A stretch of DNA of 64,000 nucleotides. Origin: Heptranchias perlo. Taxonomy: Eukaryota. This document shows, one piece after another, positions 60,290 to 64,000 of the stretch. The position numbers were made by a program, and so were the translations under genes. The stretch lies in contig NC_090341.1 in assembly GCF_035084215.1 (NCBI RefSeq), positions 50,654,001 through 50,718,000 of the forward strand, read 5' to 3'. Each line of letters starts with the position of its first letter. The stretch's first letter is position 1. Below the pieces are notes generated by a model that was given only the letters and a program-made list of their open reading frames with translations, made no database searches and was not told the origin of the DNA.

Positions 60290-63200
60290 ATCTGGGCATC
60301 TGGTTTACAATCAGTCCCATTACAGATTTCCTTCTCACTCTGAGCACCTGGATTAAAATCAGTCCCATTACAGATTCCCCTCTCACTCTGAGCACCTGGT
60401 TTAATTCAGTCCCATTACAGATTCACCTCTCACTGTCATCACCTGGTTTACAATCAGTCCCATTACAGATTCCCCTCTCACTGTGCGCATCTGGTTTATA
60501 ATCTGTCCCATTACAGATTCCCCTCTCACTCTGTGCACCTGGTTTATAATCTGTCCCATTACAGATTCCGCTCTCAATGTCATCACCTTGTTTACAATCA
60601 CTCCTGTTACAGATTTCCCTCTCACTGTCATCACCTGGTTTATAATCTGTCCCATTAGAGATTCTCCTCTCACTCTGTGCACCTGGTTTACAATCAATTC
60701 CATTAGAGATTCCACTCTCGCTGTGGGCACCTGGTTTATAATCATCCCCATTACAGTTTCCCCTCCCAATGTGAGCATCTAGTTTACAATCAGTCCCGTT
60801 ACAGATTCCCCTCTCACTGTAGGCACCTGGTTTTTAACCAGACCCATTACAGATTCCCGTCTCACTCTAAGCATCTGGTTTACAATCAGTCCATTAAAGA
60901 TTCCCCTCTTACTCTGAGCACCTGGTTTATAATCTGTCCCATGACAGATTCCGCTCTCACTGTGAGAACCTGCTTTACAATAAGTCCCATTACAGATTCT
61001 CCTCTCACTCTGAGCACCTGGTTTAATTCAGTCCCATTGCAGATTCACCTCTCACTCAGAGCACCTGGTTTATAATCAATCCCATTACAGACTCCCCTCT
61101 CACTCTGAGCAGGTCGTTTTATTCAGTCCCATTACAGATTCTCCTCTCACTCTGAGCACCTGGTTTATAATCAATCCCATTACAGATTTCCGTCTCCCAC
61201 TGAGCACCTGGTTTATAATCAGTCCCATTACATGTTCTGCTCTCACTGTCAACACCTGGTTTATAATCTGTCCCATTACAGATTCCGCTCTCAATGTCAT
61301 CACCTTGTTTACAATCACTCCTGTTACAGATTCCCCACTCACTGTAGGCACCTGGTTTTTAATCAGACCCATTACAGATTCCCCTCTCACTCTGAGCACC
61401 TGGTTTACAATCAATCCCATTACAGATTCCCCTCTCACTACAAGCAGCTCGTTTAATTCAGTCCCATTACATATTCTCCTCTCACTCTGAGCACCTGGTT
61501 TATAATCAATCCCATTACAGATTTCCCTCTCACTCTGAGCACCTGGTTTACAATCAGTCCCATTCCAGATTCCCCTCTCACTCTGAGCACCTGGTTTATA
61601 ATCAGTCCCATTACAGATTCTGCTCTCACTGTCATCACCTGGGTTACAATCAGCCCCATTACAGATTCCCCTCTCACTGTGCGAACCTGGTTTATAATCA
61701 GTCCCATTACAGATTCTCCTCTCAATCTGTGCACCTGGTTTATAATCAGTCCCACTACAGATTTCCCTCTCACTCTGAGCACCTGGTTTACAATCAGTCC
61801 CATTACAGATTCCACTCTCACTGGGCAACTGGTTTATAATCAATCCCATTAGAGATTCCCCTCTCCCTCTGAGCACCTGGTTTGTAATCAGTCCCAATAC
61901 AGATTCCCTTCTCACTGTGAGCAAATGGTTTATAATCTGACCCATTACAGATTCCGCTCTCAATGTCATCACCTGGTTTACAATCAGTCCCATTACAGAT
62001 TCCCCTCTCACTGTGCGCACCTGGTTTATAATCAGTCCCATTACAGAATCTCCTCTCACTCTGTGCACTTGGTTTACAATCAGTCCCATTACAGATTCCC
62101 CTCTCACTGTGCGCACCTGGTTTATAATCAGTCCCATTACAGATTCCCCTCTCACTGTGCGCACCTGGTTTATAATCAGTCCCATTACAGATTCCCCTCT
62201 CACTCTGAGCACCTGATTTACAATCAGTCCCATTACGAATTCACCTCTCACTCAGAGCATCTGGTTTATAATCAGTCCCATTACAGATTCCCCTCTCACT
62301 GTGAGCACCTGGTTTATAATCAGTCCCATTACAGATTGCCCTCTCACTTTGAGCACTTGGTTTACAATCAGTCCCATTACAGATTCCCCTCTCACCCTGA
62401 GCACCTGGTTTATAATCAGTTCCATTACAGATTCCCCTCTCACTGTGCGCACCTGTTTTATAATCAGTCCCATTACAGATTCTCCTCTCAACCTGTGCAC
62501 CTGGTTTACAATCAATCCCATTACAGATTCCCCTCTCACTGTGAGCACCTGGTTTACAATCAGTCCCATTACAGATTCCACTCTCACTGTGGGCAACTGG
62601 TTTACAATCAGTCCCATTACAGATTGCCCTCTCACTCTGAGCACCTGGTTTACAATCAGTCCCATTACAGATTCCCCTCTCCCTCTGAGCACCTGGTTTG
62701 TAATCAGTCCCATTACAGATTCCCTTCTCACTGTGAGCAAATGGTTTATAATCTGACCCATTACAGATTCCGCTCTCAATGTCATTATCTGGTTTACCAT
62801 CAGTTCCATTGCAGATTCCCCTCTCACTCTGAGCACCTGGTTTAAAATTACTCTCATTACAGATTCCCCTCTCCCTCTGAGCAGCTCGTTTTATTCAGTC
62901 CCATTACAGATTCTCCTCTCACTCTGAGCACCTGATTTACAATCAGTCCCATTACGAATTCACCTCTCACTCAGAGCACCTGGTTTATAATCAATCCCAT
63001 TACAGATTCCCCTCTCACTCTGAGCAACTCGTTTAATTCAGTCCCATTACATATTCTCCTCTCACTCTGAGCACCTGGTTTATAATCAATCCCATTACAG
63101 ATTCCCCTCTCACTCTGAGCACCTGGTTTACAATCAGTCCCATTCCAGATTCCCCTCTCACTCTGAGCACCTGGTTTACAATCAATCCCATTACAGATTC

Positions 63201-64000
63201 CCCTCTCACTGTGCGCACCTGGTTTACAATCAATCCCATTACAGATTCCCCTCTCACTCTGAGCACCTGGTTTATAATCAATCCCATTCCAGATTCCCCT
63301 CTCACTCTGAGCACCTGGTTTACAATCAATCCCATTACAGATTCCCCTCTCACTATGAGCACCTGGTTTATAATCAGTCCCATTACAGATTCACCTCTCA
63401 CTGTCATCACCTGGTTTACAATCAGTCCCATTACAGATTCCCCTCTCACTCTGAGCACCAGATTTATAATCAATCGCATCACAGATTTCCCTCTCACTCT
63501 GAGCACCTGGTTTACAATCAGTCCCATTACAGATTCCCCTCTCACTCTGAGCACCTGGTTTACATTCAGTCCCATTACAGATTGCACTCTCACTGTGAGC
63601 AACTGGTTTACAATCAATCCCATTAGAGATTCCCCTCTCCCTCTGAGCACCTGGTTTGTAATCAGTCCCATTGCAGATTCCCTTCTCACTGTGCGCACCT
63701 GGTTTATAATCTGTCCCATTACAGATTCCGCTCTCACTGTCATCACCTTGTTTACAATCAGTCCCATTACAGATTCCCCTCACACTGTGAGCACCTGGTT
63801 TATAATCTGTCCCATTACAGATTCCGCTCTCAATGTCATCACCTTGTTTACAATCACTCCCGTTACAGATTCCCCACTCACTGTAGGCACCTGGTTTTTA
63901 ATCAGACCCATTACAGATTCCCCTCTCACTCTGAGCACCTGGTTTACAATCAGTCCCATTACAGATTCCCCTCTCACTACAAGCAGCTCGTTTAATTCAG
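60290..64000. repeat. 48-bp satellite array with some 46-bp variants, running off the window end
   Basis: Consensus GAGCACCTGGTTTACAATCAGTCCCATTACAGATTCCCCTCTCACTCT; more than 75 units. Confidence 0.97.

Noticed and set aside
60401-63977. Repeat-protein ORFs such as (VRGESVMGLIVNQVLR)n and His-rich (HLVYNQSHYRFPS)n
   Set aside because: Products of a 48-bp satellite, open on both strands and interrupted by frameshifting units; not zinc fingers.

Overview
Eukaryotic, repeat-dense, apparently non-coding (intronic or intergenic) DNA. I infer a cartilaginous fish (shark) from the repeat families: tRNA-headed Deu-domain SINEs of the SacSINE1 type with L2-like tails, CR1/HER1-like LINEs, L2 LINEs and Penelope-type repeats. 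I recognise no intact host protein-coding gene. The long ORFs are broken LINE endonuclease/reverse-transcriptase fragments or translations of tandem repeats. The window holds about 17 SINE copies, many LINE fragments from three families, three copies of a hAT-type MITE (8-bp TSDs on two), GC-rich MITE-like elements, a PIF/Harbinger Myb/SANT relic and at least five satellite or minisatellite families. The most notable structures are: (1) a 92-bp-arm palindrome at 34847-35039 carrying a minimal hammerhead-ribozyme motif; (2) an old, unexplained inverted repeat with ~210-bp arms at 10288-11583; (3) a small inversion with a microhomology-templated junction at 31527-32507; (4) a three-level CR1 > hAT MITE > L2 nest with readable TSDs. 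I cannot support a wholly new multi-gene system from this sequence. Boundaries and similarities were read by eye and are approximate unless a TSD or TIR is quoted.
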